From an uncultured delta proteobacterium (GTDB lineage: Bacteria; Desulfobacterota; Binatia; Binatales; Binataceae), in assembly GCA_963794325.1 (NCBI GenBank), contig CAWCDG010000004.1, forward strand, positions 1,024,001 through 1,088,000: 64,000 bases of DNA, written 5' to 3'. The notes beneath the pieces are model-generated. The model was not told the DNA's origin and made no database searches. It worked only from the letters and a program-made list of their open reading frames with translations. The number at the start of each line of letters is the position of its first letter. Within the stretch, counting starts at the first letter, position 1. Both the position numbers and the translations under genes were made by a program. Below, in pieces: positions 1-9,008 of the stretch.

Positions 1-61
1 TCGGAGATTTCGACTGGCGCGAATCCTGCGAGGGTACGGGAACTTTGGAGGCGCCTAATCG

Positions 62-2374
62 GTGGCAAAAAATCTCGTAATCGTCGAATCGCCCGCAAAG
101 GCGAAAACCATCAAGCGCTATCTCGGTAGTGACTATCAGGTCATGCCCTCGGTCGGCCACGTCGTCGATCTGCCCAAGAGCAAGCTCGGAGTCGATATCG
201 AGCACAACTTTGCGCCCGATTTCGTCACAATCAAGGGTAAAGAGAAGGTCCTCAGCGAGATCAAGAGCGCCGCGAAGGGCAAAGAGAACATCTATCTCGC
301 CAGCGACCCCGACCGCGAAGGCGAGGCTATCGCCTGGCACATCTCCGAGCACCTCGGCCGGACCAAGTCCAAGGTCAGCCGCGTGCTCTTGCATGAAATC
401 ACCTCCGCCGCCGTCAAAGAGGCGGTCGCCAATCCCTCAAAACTGGATCGCCATCTGTTCGACGCCTACCAGGCCCGCCGCGTGCTGGATCGCTTGGTCG
501 GCTACAAGCTCAGCCCGCTGCTGTGGGACAAGGTCAAGCGCGGCATCAGCGCCGGCCGCGTGCAGTCGGTCGCACTCAGGATAATCGTCGACCGCGAGCG
601 CGAGCGCGAGGCGTTCCGCGCCGAAGAATACTGGACCCTCGACGCGCGCCTCTCCGGCAAGAATCCGCCCCCGTTCAAGGCGCGTCTCTTCAGCTACAAA
701 GACGACCGCATCGACAACAAGGCGTACAAGCTGCCCGAGGCCCGCGCGCGCGAAATTATCGCGGCCGTCGAGGCTGCCCCTTTCACCGTAAAAACCGTCG
801 AGCGCAAGGAAGTCCGCCGCAGTCCTGCGCCCCCGTTCATCACCTCGCGCCTCCAGCAGGAGGCCTCGCGCAAGCTCTACTACCAGCCGCGCCGCACGAT
901 GCAGATTGCGCAGAAGCTGTACGAAGGCGTCGAGCTGGGCGAGGAGGGCGCGGTCGGCCTTATCACTTATATGCGTACCGATTCGCCGCGCGTCTCCGAC
1001 CAGGCGCTCGATAGCGTCCGCAGCCATATCGGCTCGCGCTACGGCCAGGAGTACATCCCCGACCAGCCGAATTCTTACAAATCCAGCAAGCAGTCGCAGG
1101 GCGCGCACGAAGCGATTCGTCCGACCGCCGTCGAGCGCGACCCCGAGTCGATCGCGCGCTACCTCGACAAGGACATGCTCGCGCTCTACACCCTCATCTA
1201 TAACCGCTTCGTCTCGAGCCAGATGACGCCGGCGGTGTACGACCGCACCACCGTCGATATCGAATCTGCCGACGCAATTTTCCGCGCGACCGGCCAGGTG
1301 ATGAAGTTCGACGGCTTCATGCGCGTGTACATCGAAGGCCAGGATGAGCCCGAGGACGAAGAGGGCACGCTGCCGATGCTCGAAGACGGCGAGACCCTGA
1401 AACTGCTGGGCCTCGACCCCGAGCAGCATTTCACCCAGCCGCCTCCGCGCTACACCCAGGCCACGCTCATCAAGGTTCTCGAAGAGCAGGGCATCGGCCG
1501 CCCCTCGACCTACGCCGCCATCATGACCAGCATCCTGCGCGTCGAGTACGTCGAAGAGGACGAGAGCAAGCGGATGCGCCCGACGTCGCTCGGACGAGTC
1601 GTCAACGACATGCTGGTCAAAGCATTCCCCGACATTCTCGAATCCAGCTTCACCGCGCAGTTCGAAGAGGACCTCGACAAGGTTGAAGAGGGCACCGAGA
1701 ACTGGGTCAAGACGATGAAGCGGTTCTACGGCCCGTTCGCCAAGGACCTCGCCGACGCGAAAAAGAAAATGCCCGAGGTCAAGCACAAGGGCCTCGCCAC
1801 CGATCTCAAGTGCGAGCTCGACGGCGGCGACATGGTGATCAAATGGGGCCGCAACGGCGAGTTCCTCGCCTGCTCGAATTACCCCAAATGCACCAACACC
1901 GGCGAAATCGCGCGCGACGACCAGGGCAAAATCACGATGAAACCTTCGGCGCCGGTGCCCACCGACGAAGTCTGCGAGAAATGCGGTAAGCCGATGGTCA
2001 AGCGGCGCTCGCGCTTCGGCGAGTTCCTGGGATGCTCGGGCTATCCGGACTGCGACGGAATCAAGCGCCTTCAATCAGACCCGGTGAAAACCGGCGTCGC
2101 ATGCCCGGAATGCAAAGAGGGCGAAATCCTCGAACGTCGCAGCCGCCGCGGCAAGATTTTCTTCGGATGCGGCCGTTATCCAAAATGTAAATTCGCGGCA
2201 TGGAACAAAGTCGTCCTCCAGCCATGCCCGGATTGCGGCGCGAACTACATGGTCGAGAAAGACCTGAAACGCACCGGTATTACTTGGCAATGCGCCAACA
2301 AGGAATGCGGCTATAAGCAGCCCGCTCCGGTCGCCGAACAACACACATCTGCCCCGGCGCCTCCGCCCGCGTAG
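62..2374 (+). CDS. topA: DNA topoisomerase I (type IA)
   Basis: N-terminal LVIVESPAKAKTI TOPRIM, DPDREGEAI, SAGRVQS, GLITYMRTD active-site Tyr, C-terminal Zn ribbons. Confidence 0.98.
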   Translation: MAKNLVIVESPAKAKTIKRYLGSDYQVMPSVGHVVDLPKSKLGVDIEHNFAPDFVTIKGKEKVLSEIKSAAKGKENIYLASDPDREGEAIAWHISEHLGRTKSKVSRVLLHEITSAAVKEAVANPSKLDRHLFDAYQARRVLDRLVGYKLSPLLWDKVKRGISAGRVQSVALRIIVDREREREAFRAEEYWTLDARLSGKNPPPFKARLFSYKDDRIDNKAYKLPEARAREIIAAVEAAPFTVKTVERKEVRRSPAPPFITSRLQQEASRKLYYQPRRTMQIAQKLYEGVELGEEGAVGLITYMRTDSPRVSDQALDSVRSHIGSRYGQEYIPDQPNSYKSSKQSQGAHEAIRPTAVERDPESIARYLDKDMLALYTLIYNRFVSSQMTPAVYDRTTVDIESADAIFRATGQVMKFDGFMRVYIEGQDEPEDEEGTLPMLEDGETLKLLGLDPEQHFTQPPPRYTQATLIKVLEEQGIGRPSTYAAIMTSILRVEYVEEDESKRMRPTSLGRVVNDMLVKAFPDILESSFTAQFEEDLDKVEEGTENWVKTMKRFYGPFAKDLADAKKKMPEVKHKGLATDLKCELDGGDMVIKWGRNGEFLACSNYPKCTNTGEIARDDQGKITMKPSAPVPTDEVCEKCGKPMVKRRSRFGEFLGCSGYPDCDGIKRLQSDPVKTGVACPECKEGEILERRSRRGKIFFGCGRYPKCKFAAWNKVVLQPCPDCGANYMVEKDLKRTGITWQCANKECGYKQPAPVAEQHTSAPAPPPA

Positions 2375-2387
2375 CGCGCCGTCCTCG

Positions 2388-3443
2388 GTGCCGGATTTCT
2401 GCAAAGGGGGGCCGCGCGCCTCAGTGGGGCGGGCCGTATTAGTGGGGCGGGCCGCCGTGCCCGCCCTCTTCATTTTGACATTGACCTTGATCGCAGCCTT
2501 CACCGCCCCCGCCCTCGCCGCGCCTCCCCTCGTCACGCCCAATCAAGAGGAAACCGTGCTCCCCTACGTCGCCCGCATCTACTTCGATGCGAAAGCGAAC
2601 GACGGCAGCGACGCCTATTTCGAGATTCTGAAAAACGACAAGCCCGTGTACGTGCAGAAGGCCAACCGGAAGGGCGAGAAATTTTTCATCGGCACGATGT
2701 ACAAGGACGATCCCGACGCTGCGTTGGTCAAGATGGGCATGGACATCACCGGCGACGGCCAACCCGACCTCGTCATCTCCGAATGGCTGGGCGGCGCGAA
2801 CTGCTGCCTGATATTTCACATCTTCGAGATCGGCCCGACCTTCAAAAAACTCGGCACCATCGATGCCGAGTTCGGAGACTCGGGCCCCCACTTCATCCAC
2901 CCGGACAAGGACGCGAAAAGCCCCGGGCTGGCGATTCAAATTCACGACTGGACCTTTGCCAACTGGAACACCGATTTCGCCGGCTCACCCGCGCCAAAAG
3001 TTATTCTCCGCTTCAGCGACAATGCGTACCGCATCGCGCCCGACCTGATGCGCACAGCGCCACTCGGCGCCACCGACCTTGCAGCGCGCGCCGCCGAGGT
3101 GAAGAGCGGCAGCGCGAACGGCGGTGATTGGCCGCGCGCGAAGGTCCCGCCGCAGCTATGGGCAACGATGCTCGATCTGATCTACAGCGGGCACGCCGGC
3201 GATGCGTGGAAGTTCCTCGACGACGCATGGCCGCCGAAAGTGACTGGCAAGGACAAATTCGCCAACGACTTCCGCACCCAACTCGCCAAGAGCCCCTACT
3301 GGCCCGCCATCAAAGCAATGAAGCCCCTCCAATCCCCCCGCCGCCCCTCTCCCCCACCGCCCAAAATGACGATCGGTCGCTATCCCTTCCCCCCCGCAAG
3401 GAATAGTTTCCGCGAGCTCTTCAGCCGCGCCTGCCTGATATGA
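2388..3443 (+). CDS. Hypothetical secreted protein (FG-GAP-like DITGDGQPDLVI motif)
   Basis: Signal-peptide-like segment VPALFILTLTLIAAFTAPALA (true start may be GTG at 2457); low-complexity C-terminus runs through C-rich tracts and may be artefactual. Confidence 0.7.
   Translation: MPDFCKGGPRASVGRAVLVGRAAVPALFILTLTLIAAFTAPALAAPPLVTPNQEETVLPYVARIYFDAKANDGSDAYFEILKNDKPVYVQKANRKGEKFFIGTMYKDDPDAALVKMGMDITGDGQPDLVISEWLGGANCCLIFHIFEIGPTFKKLGTIDAEFGDSGPHFIHPDKDAKSPGLAIQIHDWTFANWNTDFAGSPAPKVILRFSDNAYRIAPDLMRTAPLGATDLAARAAEVKSGSANGGDWPRAKVPPQLWATMLDLIYSGHAGDAWKFLDDAWPPKVTGKDKFANDFRTQLAKSPYWPAIKAMKPLQSPRRPSPPPPKMTIGRYPFPPARNSFRELFSRACLI
2441..2466. repeat. REP-like palindrome GTGG-GGCGGGC-N6-GCCCGCC, with a partial duplicate at 2423
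   Basis: AGTGGGGCGGGCCG occurs twice (2423, 2441); GC-rich hairpin preceded by a GTGG tetranucleotide. Confidence 0.45.
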
Positions 3444-3600
3444 CTGCGAATCCTTATTCCAATCCTTGACATCGCCGTCGGACTCGACGATACTGGTCCT
3501 GATCCGCCGCCATCAACTCGATCGCAAGCTTGGCGGTATCGCAGTAGAAATCACGACGTATCCTTCGATTACCTGCTGACGACGAAATTTGCTGCCGAAG
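3400..3600 (-). pseudogene. Degraded DUF559 (Vsr/PD-(D/E)XK-like) endonuclease remnant
   Basis: Minus-strand translation across two 1-nt deletions gives KFRRQQVIEGYVV/DFYCDTAKLAIE/xDGG, matching the DUF559 core FRRQ..IG.YIVDFYC...LVIE.DG; 5' part is missing and repeat B lies directly upstream. Confidence 0.75.
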
Positions 3601-3643
3601 AACCTAACCCCTAACCCCTTCCCGAACGGGAAGGGGAACCGGA
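3601..3643 (+). repeat. Repeat family B (AACCTAACCCCTAACCCCTTCCC-N4-GGGAAGGGGAACCGGA)
   Basis: About 11 copies: 3601, 5971(-), 11921(-), 15632 (degenerate), 16778, 23374, 24516, 25053, 35641, 41489, 48148. Confidence 0.9.
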
Positions 3644-3671
3644 CGCGAGGAAAAGCCTCCGCCCCGACCAA

Positions 3672-3755
3672 CTTCCTAACAGGGACGAAGTCCCGCATCT
3701 TTCTTTTAATACTGGGTGCAGGGGTCACCCCTGCCGCCCGCCGCGCAGGCGATTA
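3672..3755 (+). repeat. Repeat family A copy 1 (core GCAGGGGTCACCCCTGC at 3718-3734)
   Basis: 15 copies in the window; modules GGGACGAAGTCCC + core + GCCCGCCGCGCAGGCGAT. Confidence 0.95.
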
Positions 3756-5018
3756 TTCCGACGCCCTCATCTTCACCGACATCTCCTCCAGCCGCCGCCG
3801 CAAAAATCGCCGCTCCGGCGCGCTGCCCACTCGCGTCAGCGCCGCGCGATACGATTCAGCCGCCTCACTCCATCGTTCCAGCCGCCGCAACAAATCCGCG
3901 CGCGCCGACCACATCAGGTAGTAGTCGCGAAGTTCTCCACTCACCGCGATCGCATCGATTAACTCGAGTCCCGCCGCCGGACCATAGGCCATTGCGACCG
4001 CGACCGCCCGATTCAACTCGATCACTGGCGACGGTCGTATCGCGTTGAGCCGCCGGTAGAGATCCGTAATCGCCCGCCAATCGGTCGCCGCCGCACTTTC
4101 CGCGCGCGAATGAATCGCCGCGATCGCCGACTGAATCGCATACGGCCCCTCCGCATCGGCTTTGATCGCGGCTTCCGAATGACTCAGCCCCTCGGCAATC
4201 TGCGCCCTATCCCAACGCGCGCGGTCCTGCTCTTCGAGCAACACGATTTCGCCGCACTCATCGATTCGCCCATCGCGCCGCGCGTCATGCAGCAGCATCA
4301 TCGCGAGCAATCCCCGCGGCTCCGGCTCATCGGGCATCAGCGCGACCAGTATCCGCGCGAGCCGAATCGCCTCCGCACACAGATCGGTTCGCAGCAGCCG
4401 TTCTCCCGAGCTCGCCGCGTAACCTTCATTGAAGACCAGGTAGATAACCGCCATCACCGCGTCCAGCCGCTCCGCCAGCAGCTCCGCCGACGGCACCTCG
4501 TACGGAATCCGCGCCGCCCGAATCTTGCGCTTGGCGCGCACCAGCCGTTGCGCCATCGTCGCCGGCGCCGTCAGGAACGCGCGCGCGATCTCCTCGGTCG
4601 TCAGCCCGCACAATGTGCGTAGCGACAGCGCGACGCGCGCGTCATCAGCCAGCGCCGGATGACAACACGTGAAGATCAGACGCAGCCGCTCGTCGGGCAG
4701 CGCGCCCGCCCCCTCGATCTCCTCATCGTCGCCGCCGGCCTCAGCCATTCGAATCAATTCCTCGCGGCGATCGTTGAACCGGGTCTGTTTTCGTATTCGA
4801 TCGATCGCCTTATGGCGCGCGACGCCGATAATCCACGCGCGCGGATTATCCGGCAGCCCGTCGCGTTCCCACTGCTCGACCGCGCTCGCGAACCCGTCCT
4901 GCGCCGCTTCTTCCGCGAGATCGAAGTCGCCCAGCACGCGAATGAGCGTGGCAAGAATTCGCCCGAACTCCTCGCGATAGAAACGCTCGATACCGGCGGC
5001 AGTGTTGTCCATCGGCAA
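3753..5018 (-). CDS. ECF sigma factor with C-terminal TPR extension (ECF42-like)
   Basis: [43 protein letters not shown] motifs; adjacent DGPF proteins. Confidence 0.93.
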   Translation of the reverse strand: MPMDNTAAGIERFYREEFGRILATLIRVLGDFDLAEEAAQDGFASAVEQWERDGLPDNPRAWIIGVARHKAIDRIRKQTRFNDRREELIRMAEAGGDDEEIEGAGALPDERLRLIFTCCHPALADDARVALSLRTLCGLTTEEIARAFLTAPATMAQRLVRAKRKIRAARIPYEVPSAELLAERLDAVMAVIYLVFNEGYAASSGERLLRTDLCAEAIRLARILVALMPDEPEPRGLLAMMLLHDARRDGRIDECGEIVLLEEQDRARWDRAQIAEGLSHSEAAIKADAEGPYAIQSAIAAIHSRAESAAATDWRAITDLYRRLNAIRPSPVIELNRAVAVAMAYGPAAGLELIDAIAVSGELRDYYLMWSARADLLRRLERWSEAAESYRAALTRVGSAPERRFLRRRLEEMSVKMRASE

Positions 5019-5083
5019 ACCCGAAAAGCGAAATCCGTCCGATGGCAGGCTAACCGCCCGCCGCGCATGCCGCTACCGCTGAC

Positions 5084-5872
5084 TCATTCGTGATAGATCC
5101 ACCAGCATCCCTCGACCGGCCTGACTTCGATCGCATCGCCGTCGCGCTGAGTCAGTTTATTCGCCCACGCGATCGCCTCGCCCATCGACGCGCACGCGAC
5201 CAGGTTGAAGCCGCCCGCGACTTCCTTGGTCTCCGCGAACGGCCCGTCCGTCACCAGCCGCCCGTCGTTTTTCCATCGAATCGTTTTCGCCTGCTTCGAA
5301 ACTTCCAGCCGCGCGCCGACCCACAACCCCGGCTCCTGATCCAACATCGCGCGGCTCGCGACGTATTCTGCTCCGACGCCCTGATGCTGCCGCATGATCC
5401 TTGTCCGCTCGCTCTCCGGGAGGCTCAGCACCGCACGCTCGTCCTCGACCGACGTGAGCATGAAAATCTTCGAGGCCGCCTGTCCGGACGTCTGCGAGAT
5501 CCACCAGAACTCGCGAATCGCCCTGACCTCGATGACGAGACTCTCATGCGCTCCCGGATATTTCGCGTATTCGATCGCTTCTTCGAGCGAATCGAAGTCG
5601 ATTATGTCGAAACCGCCGACGAGCTCCTTGGTTTCCGGAAACGGCCCGTCGATCCGCAGATGCGCGCCGCCACGATTCTTCACGGTGATCGTCTCGCGAC
5701 TGGGGCCAAGCCCGACTGAAACATTTATCAGCCCACTCCTTCCGCTGCGCAGTCGCGCGCGAAGCAGTTCGTCGAGTTTCTGCTGATGGAACCGGATGCG
5801 CCGATTCAATTCGTCCGCGTCGATACTCTCCGAATCTCCGCGAACCTCGCCGCCCGTGATCATGTATTTCAT
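5084..5872 (-). CDS. Tandem two-domain YCII/DGPF protein
   Basis: Two DGPF(P/A)ETKE motifs, each followed by IEVR. Confidence 0.88.
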   Translation of the reverse strand: MKYMITGGEVRGDSESIDADELNRRIRFHQQKLDELLRARLRSGRSGLINVSVGLGPSRETITVKNRGGAHLRIDGPFPETKELVGGFDIIDFDSLEEAIEYAKYPGAHESLVIEVRAIREFWWISQTSGQAASKIFMLTSVEDERAVLSLPESERTRIMRQHQGVGAEYVASRAMLDQEPGLWVGARLEVSKQAKTIRWKNDGRLVTDGPFAETKEVAGGFNLVACASMGEAIAWANKLTQRDGDAIEVRPVEGCWWIYHE

Positions 5873-5970
5873 CGCGCTTCCCCTTGGCAGCTCGCCTACC
5901 TATCCAACAATCCGGATCCCCTTTCCGATCTGGAAGAGGTTACTCCCGACAATCCGGCCCCTCCCCAACA

Positions 5971-6015
5971 ATCCGGTTCCCCTTCCCACTATGGGAAGGG
6001 GTTAGGGGTTAGGTT
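5971..6015 (-). repeat. Repeat family B
   Basis: TCCGGTTCCCCTTCCCACTATGGGAAGGGGTTAGGGGTTAGGTT; degenerate hairpin also at ~5910-5945. Confidence 0.9.
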
Positions 6016-6029
6016 CCTCGGCATCGCGC

Positions 6030-6384
6030 CTACATATTGATCTTCACCACCGGCCGCACCTCGGTCGATCCGTACTTCGACGACGGAATCCGCGCCGCGA
6101 TCGAAATCGCCTCGTCGAGATCCTTCGCCTCGACCAGCACGTATCCGCCGAACTGCTCCTTGGTCTCCGCGAACGGCCCATCCGTGACCATCGTCTTACC
6201 GTCACGCACGCGAACCGTCGCTGCGCTCGTTGGTAAATTCGAGCGGCGCGCCGGTCTTGCGATGCCCGCTCTTCACTACATCCTGCGTGAACGCCGCAAA
6301 TTCACCAAAAATCCGTTGCTTCTCCGCCTCACTCCGCCCCCGCGCCTCTTCTTCGTTGTGATAAATCAAAAGCAAGTATTCCAT
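6030..6384 (-). CDS. YCII/DGPF protein, with a 1-nt frameshift at ~6236
   Basis: MEYLLLIY... continues as PTSAATVRVRDGKTMVTDGPFAETKEQFGGY...EVRPVVKINM if one T of the TTT run is removed; 355 nt versus 354 nt for its paralog. Confidence 0.85.
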
Positions 6385-6469
6385 CGCACTCTCCCAACAA
6401 TCCGGTCCTACGCATTCCCGATGGGTGAAAGCCGAACATCTGCTACGAGCTCCATTGCGCCACCGCACC

Positions 6470-6560
6470 TGAGAGCGAAAGGTTGTCCTCAACATTTCGC
6501 GCTTCTCACTTTTCACTGGGTGCAGGGGTCACCCCTGCCGCCCGCCGCGCAGGCGATTAT
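6470..6560 (+). repeat. Repeat family A copy 2
   Basis: Core at 6522-6538; upstream module GAGAGCGAAAGGTTGTCCTCAACATTTCGCG is shared with the copy at 24270. Confidence 0.93.
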
Positions 6561-6564
6561 TCAC

Positions 6565-6918
6565 CTACATATTGATCTTCCTGACCGGCCGCACCTCTAT
6601 CGACCCGTGCTTCGCCCCCGGAATCCGCGCCGCAATCGCGATCGCGTCATCGAGATCTTTCGCCTCGACCAGGTAGTATCCGCCGAGCTGCTCCTTGGTC
6701 TCCGCAAACGGCCCGTCCGTCACCACGGTCTTGCCGTCGCGCACCCGAACAGTGGTGGCCGTCGTGCTCTGCTCGAGCGGATTGCCGCCCTTATTCTTGC
6801 CGCTCTTCGTGAGGTCCTGCGTAAAAGCCATGTACCCCTGAAAAATCTGCTGCCCCTCCGCAGCCGTCATTTTCTTCGAATCCGCCTCGCTGCTGTAAAT
6901 CAAAAGCAGGTATTCCAT
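6565..6918 (-). CDS. YCII/DGPF protein
   Basis: MEYLLLIY...TDGPFAETKEQLGGYY...SIEVRP. Confidence 0.93.
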   Translation of the reverse strand: MEYLLLIYSSEADSKKMTAAEGQQIFQGYMAFTQDLTKSGKNKGGNPLEQSTTATTVRVRDGKTVVTDGPFAETKEQLGGYYLVEAKDLDDAIAIAARIPGAKHGSIEVRPVRKINM

Positions 6919-6957
6919 CGATTTCTCCTTTCGCCCATTTTGGGTTATCAATTATTA

Positions 6958-6984
6958 GTCGAACAGCACCGCCCCAGATCGACA
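6958..6984 (-). promoter_or_regulatory. ECF42-type promoter TGTCGA-N17-CGAC
   Basis: Minus strand reads TGTCGA tctggggcggtgctgtt CGAC, 40 nt upstream of the first DGPF gene; matches the described ECF42 -35 TGTCGA / -10 CG(A/T)C consensus. Confidence 0.75.
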
Positions 6985-7027
6985 CCCGCCGCTAGAAAAT
7001 CCGCACTGAAAAAATAGGCCAGAAAAT

Positions 7028-7049
7028 CACAGGCTAAAGCCTGTGCCAC
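7028..7049 (-). repeat. Repeat family D (REP GTGG-CACAGGC-TTTA-GCCTGTG)
   Basis: Same 22-mer at 18305, and as inverted doublets at 22997-23071 and 50886-50961. Confidence 0.88.
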
Positions 7050-7111
7050 AAAAAATCGCCGCCTGAAATGGCACCGGCTTCAGCCGATGATCCTCTGCTC
7101 CCTCCTCCCCC

Positions 7112-7209
7112 GACCCTCAGAGCAAAAGCGCGTCCTCGCGATTTTGCGATTTCTTTCTCTTAATACCGGGTGCAGGGGTCACCCCTGCCGCCCGCCGCGC
7201 AGGCGATTA
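7112..7209 (+). repeat. Repeat family A copy 3
   Basis: Core at 7172-7188. Confidence 0.93.
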
Positions 7210-7283
7210 ACTTTCTTGATAGGGAGCGCCAGTTTACACGACCGCCTAAAACCGCCACGATCACCCTTCGCCGCATCCACGCC

Positions 7284-8633
7284 ATGAATCAATCTCACGT
7301 CACCGTAGTCGGAGCAGGCCTCGCAGGCAGCGAAGCCGCATGGCAACTCGCGCGACGAGGCATCCCCGTCCGCCTCGTCGAGATGCGCCCGGTCAAAATG
7401 ACCGAAGCGCATCACACCTCCGATTTCGCCGAACTCGTCTGCTCCAATTCGCTCCGCAACGATTCGATGGACACCGCGGTCGGCGTCCTCAAACAAGAGA
7501 TGCGCCGGCTCGGCTCGCTCGTAATCGCGTCCGCCGATCGCGCGCGCGTGCCCGCCGGCTCCGCCCTCGCCGTCGATCGCGATGATTTCTCCCGCGCCAT
7601 CACTGCGGCGCTCGAGGGCCATCCGATGGTCGAAATCTCTCGCACTGAGTCCTGCGAGATTCCCACCGGCCTCACGATTCTCGCCACCGGCCCCTTGACC
7701 AGCCCCGCACTCGGCGATTCTCTGAACAATCTGATCGGTCCGCGCAACCTGTATTTCTACGACGCCATCGCACCAATCGTCGCCGCCGATTCGGTCGATA
7801 TGAGTATCGCGTTCATGGCCTCGCGCTACGGCAAGGGCGGCGACGATTACATCAACTGCCCAATGACCGAGGCTCAGTACGAAGCCTTCGTCTCTGCCGT
7901 CGTCGCGGCTGAAAAAATTGATCTGCACCCGTTCGAGAAGCCGGTTTATTTCGAAGGATGCATGCCGATCGAGGAAATGGCGCGGCGCGGCCCGATGACC
8001 CTCGCCTTCGGCCCGATGCGCCCGGTCGGGCTCTCAGAGCCACGCAGCGGCCGTCGCCCTTTCGCAGTAGTGCAGCTCAGACAGGACGACGCCGAAGCCC
8101 GTCTCTACAATATGGTCGGCTTCCAGACCAAGATGACGTACCCTGAGCAGCGCCGGGTCTTGCGCATGATCCCCGGTCTGGAGAAAGCGGAGTTCGTTCG
8201 CCTCGGCTCGATCCATCGCAACACGTTCGTCGATTCGCCGCGCCTGCTCCGGCCCACGCTCCAGCTCAAAACCCGCGACGATCTGTTTCTCGCGGGCCAG
8301 ATGGTCGGGGTCGAAGGCTACGTCGAGTCAGCGTCGGCGGGATTGCTCGCCGGTATTAACACCGCGAACCTCGTGATGAATCGCGCACTGATCGTGCCAC
8401 CGCCCGAGACCTCGGTCGGCTCATTGATCGCCTATATCACCGATACGACGCGGCGCGATTTTCAACCGATGAACGCCAACTACGGCCTGATGCCGGATTT
8501 GAAAATTCGCGCGCGCGGCCGCGAAAAGAAGATCGCGATGGGCACCCGCGCGCTTGCGGCTATCGACGACTGGATCCTCCGGGAACAGATCGAACCGCCC
8601 GCGTCTATGGCGTTGCGCGAACTTCGGCTATAG
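7284..8633 (+). CDS. trmFO: tRNA (uracil-54) folate/FAD-dependent methyltransferase TrmFO
   Basis: VVGAGLAGSEAAWQLA, ELVCSNS, YFEGCMPIE, GVEGYVES, FQPMNANYG; start moved to ATG 7284 because the upstream part of the ORF is repeat A. Confidence 0.97.
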   Translation: MNQSHVTVVGAGLAGSEAAWQLARRGIPVRLVEMRPVKMTEAHHTSDFAELVCSNSLRNDSMDTAVGVLKQEMRRLGSLVIASADRARVPAGSALAVDRDDFSRAITAALEGHPMVEISRTESCEIPTGLTILATGPLTSPALGDSLNNLIGPRNLYFYDAIAPIVAADSVDMSIAFMASRYGKGGDDYINCPMTEAQYEAFVSAVVAAEKIDLHPFEKPVYFEGCMPIEEMARRGPMTLAFGPMRPVGLSEPRSGRRPFAVVQLRQDDAEARLYNMVGFQTKMTYPEQRRVLRMIPGLEKAEFVRLGSIHRNTFVDSPRLLRPTLQLKTRDDLFLAGQMVGVEGYVESASAGLLAGINTANLVMNRALIVPPPETSVGSLIAYITDTTRRDFQPMNANYGLMPDLKIRARGREKKIAMGTRALAAIDDWILREQIEPPASMALRELRL

Positions 8634-8655
8634 AAATTCGCTGGAGGCCCCGTCG

Positions 8656-8925
8656 ATGACCAAAGCGGAATTGATTGATACCATCGCGCGCTCCACCGAC
8701 CTGCCGAAAAAACAGGTCGCCGCCATCCTGGACCACGCCTTCGACCAAATCGCGCGCTCGATTCGCAAGGACAAGCGTTTCTGGGTGCCCGGCTTCGGAA
8801 CTTTTTCCGTGCGCCGCCGCAAAGCGCGCGCCGGCTTCAATCCTCGCACCAACGCGCCGATGACCATCGCGGCGTCCCGCACCATAGGCTTTCGTCCCGC
8901 GCCTCAGTTGAAGAAAGGTCTCTGA
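8656..8925 (+). CDS. HU/IHF family DNA-binding protein
   Basis: MTKAELI..., GFGTF, R.GFNPRT, FRPA motifs. Confidence 0.93.
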   Translation: MTKAELIDTIARSTDLPKKQVAAILDHAFDQIARSIRKDKRFWVPGFGTFSVRRRKARAGFNPRTNAPMTIAASRTIGFRPAPQLKKGL

Positions 8926-9008
8926 CGACGTCCGCCTCCAAAGCCGACGAGCGCGATCAGCTTCGCGATCGTCCGCGCGATCAGACGACCTCCCGCTCGA
9001 TCGTTTCT

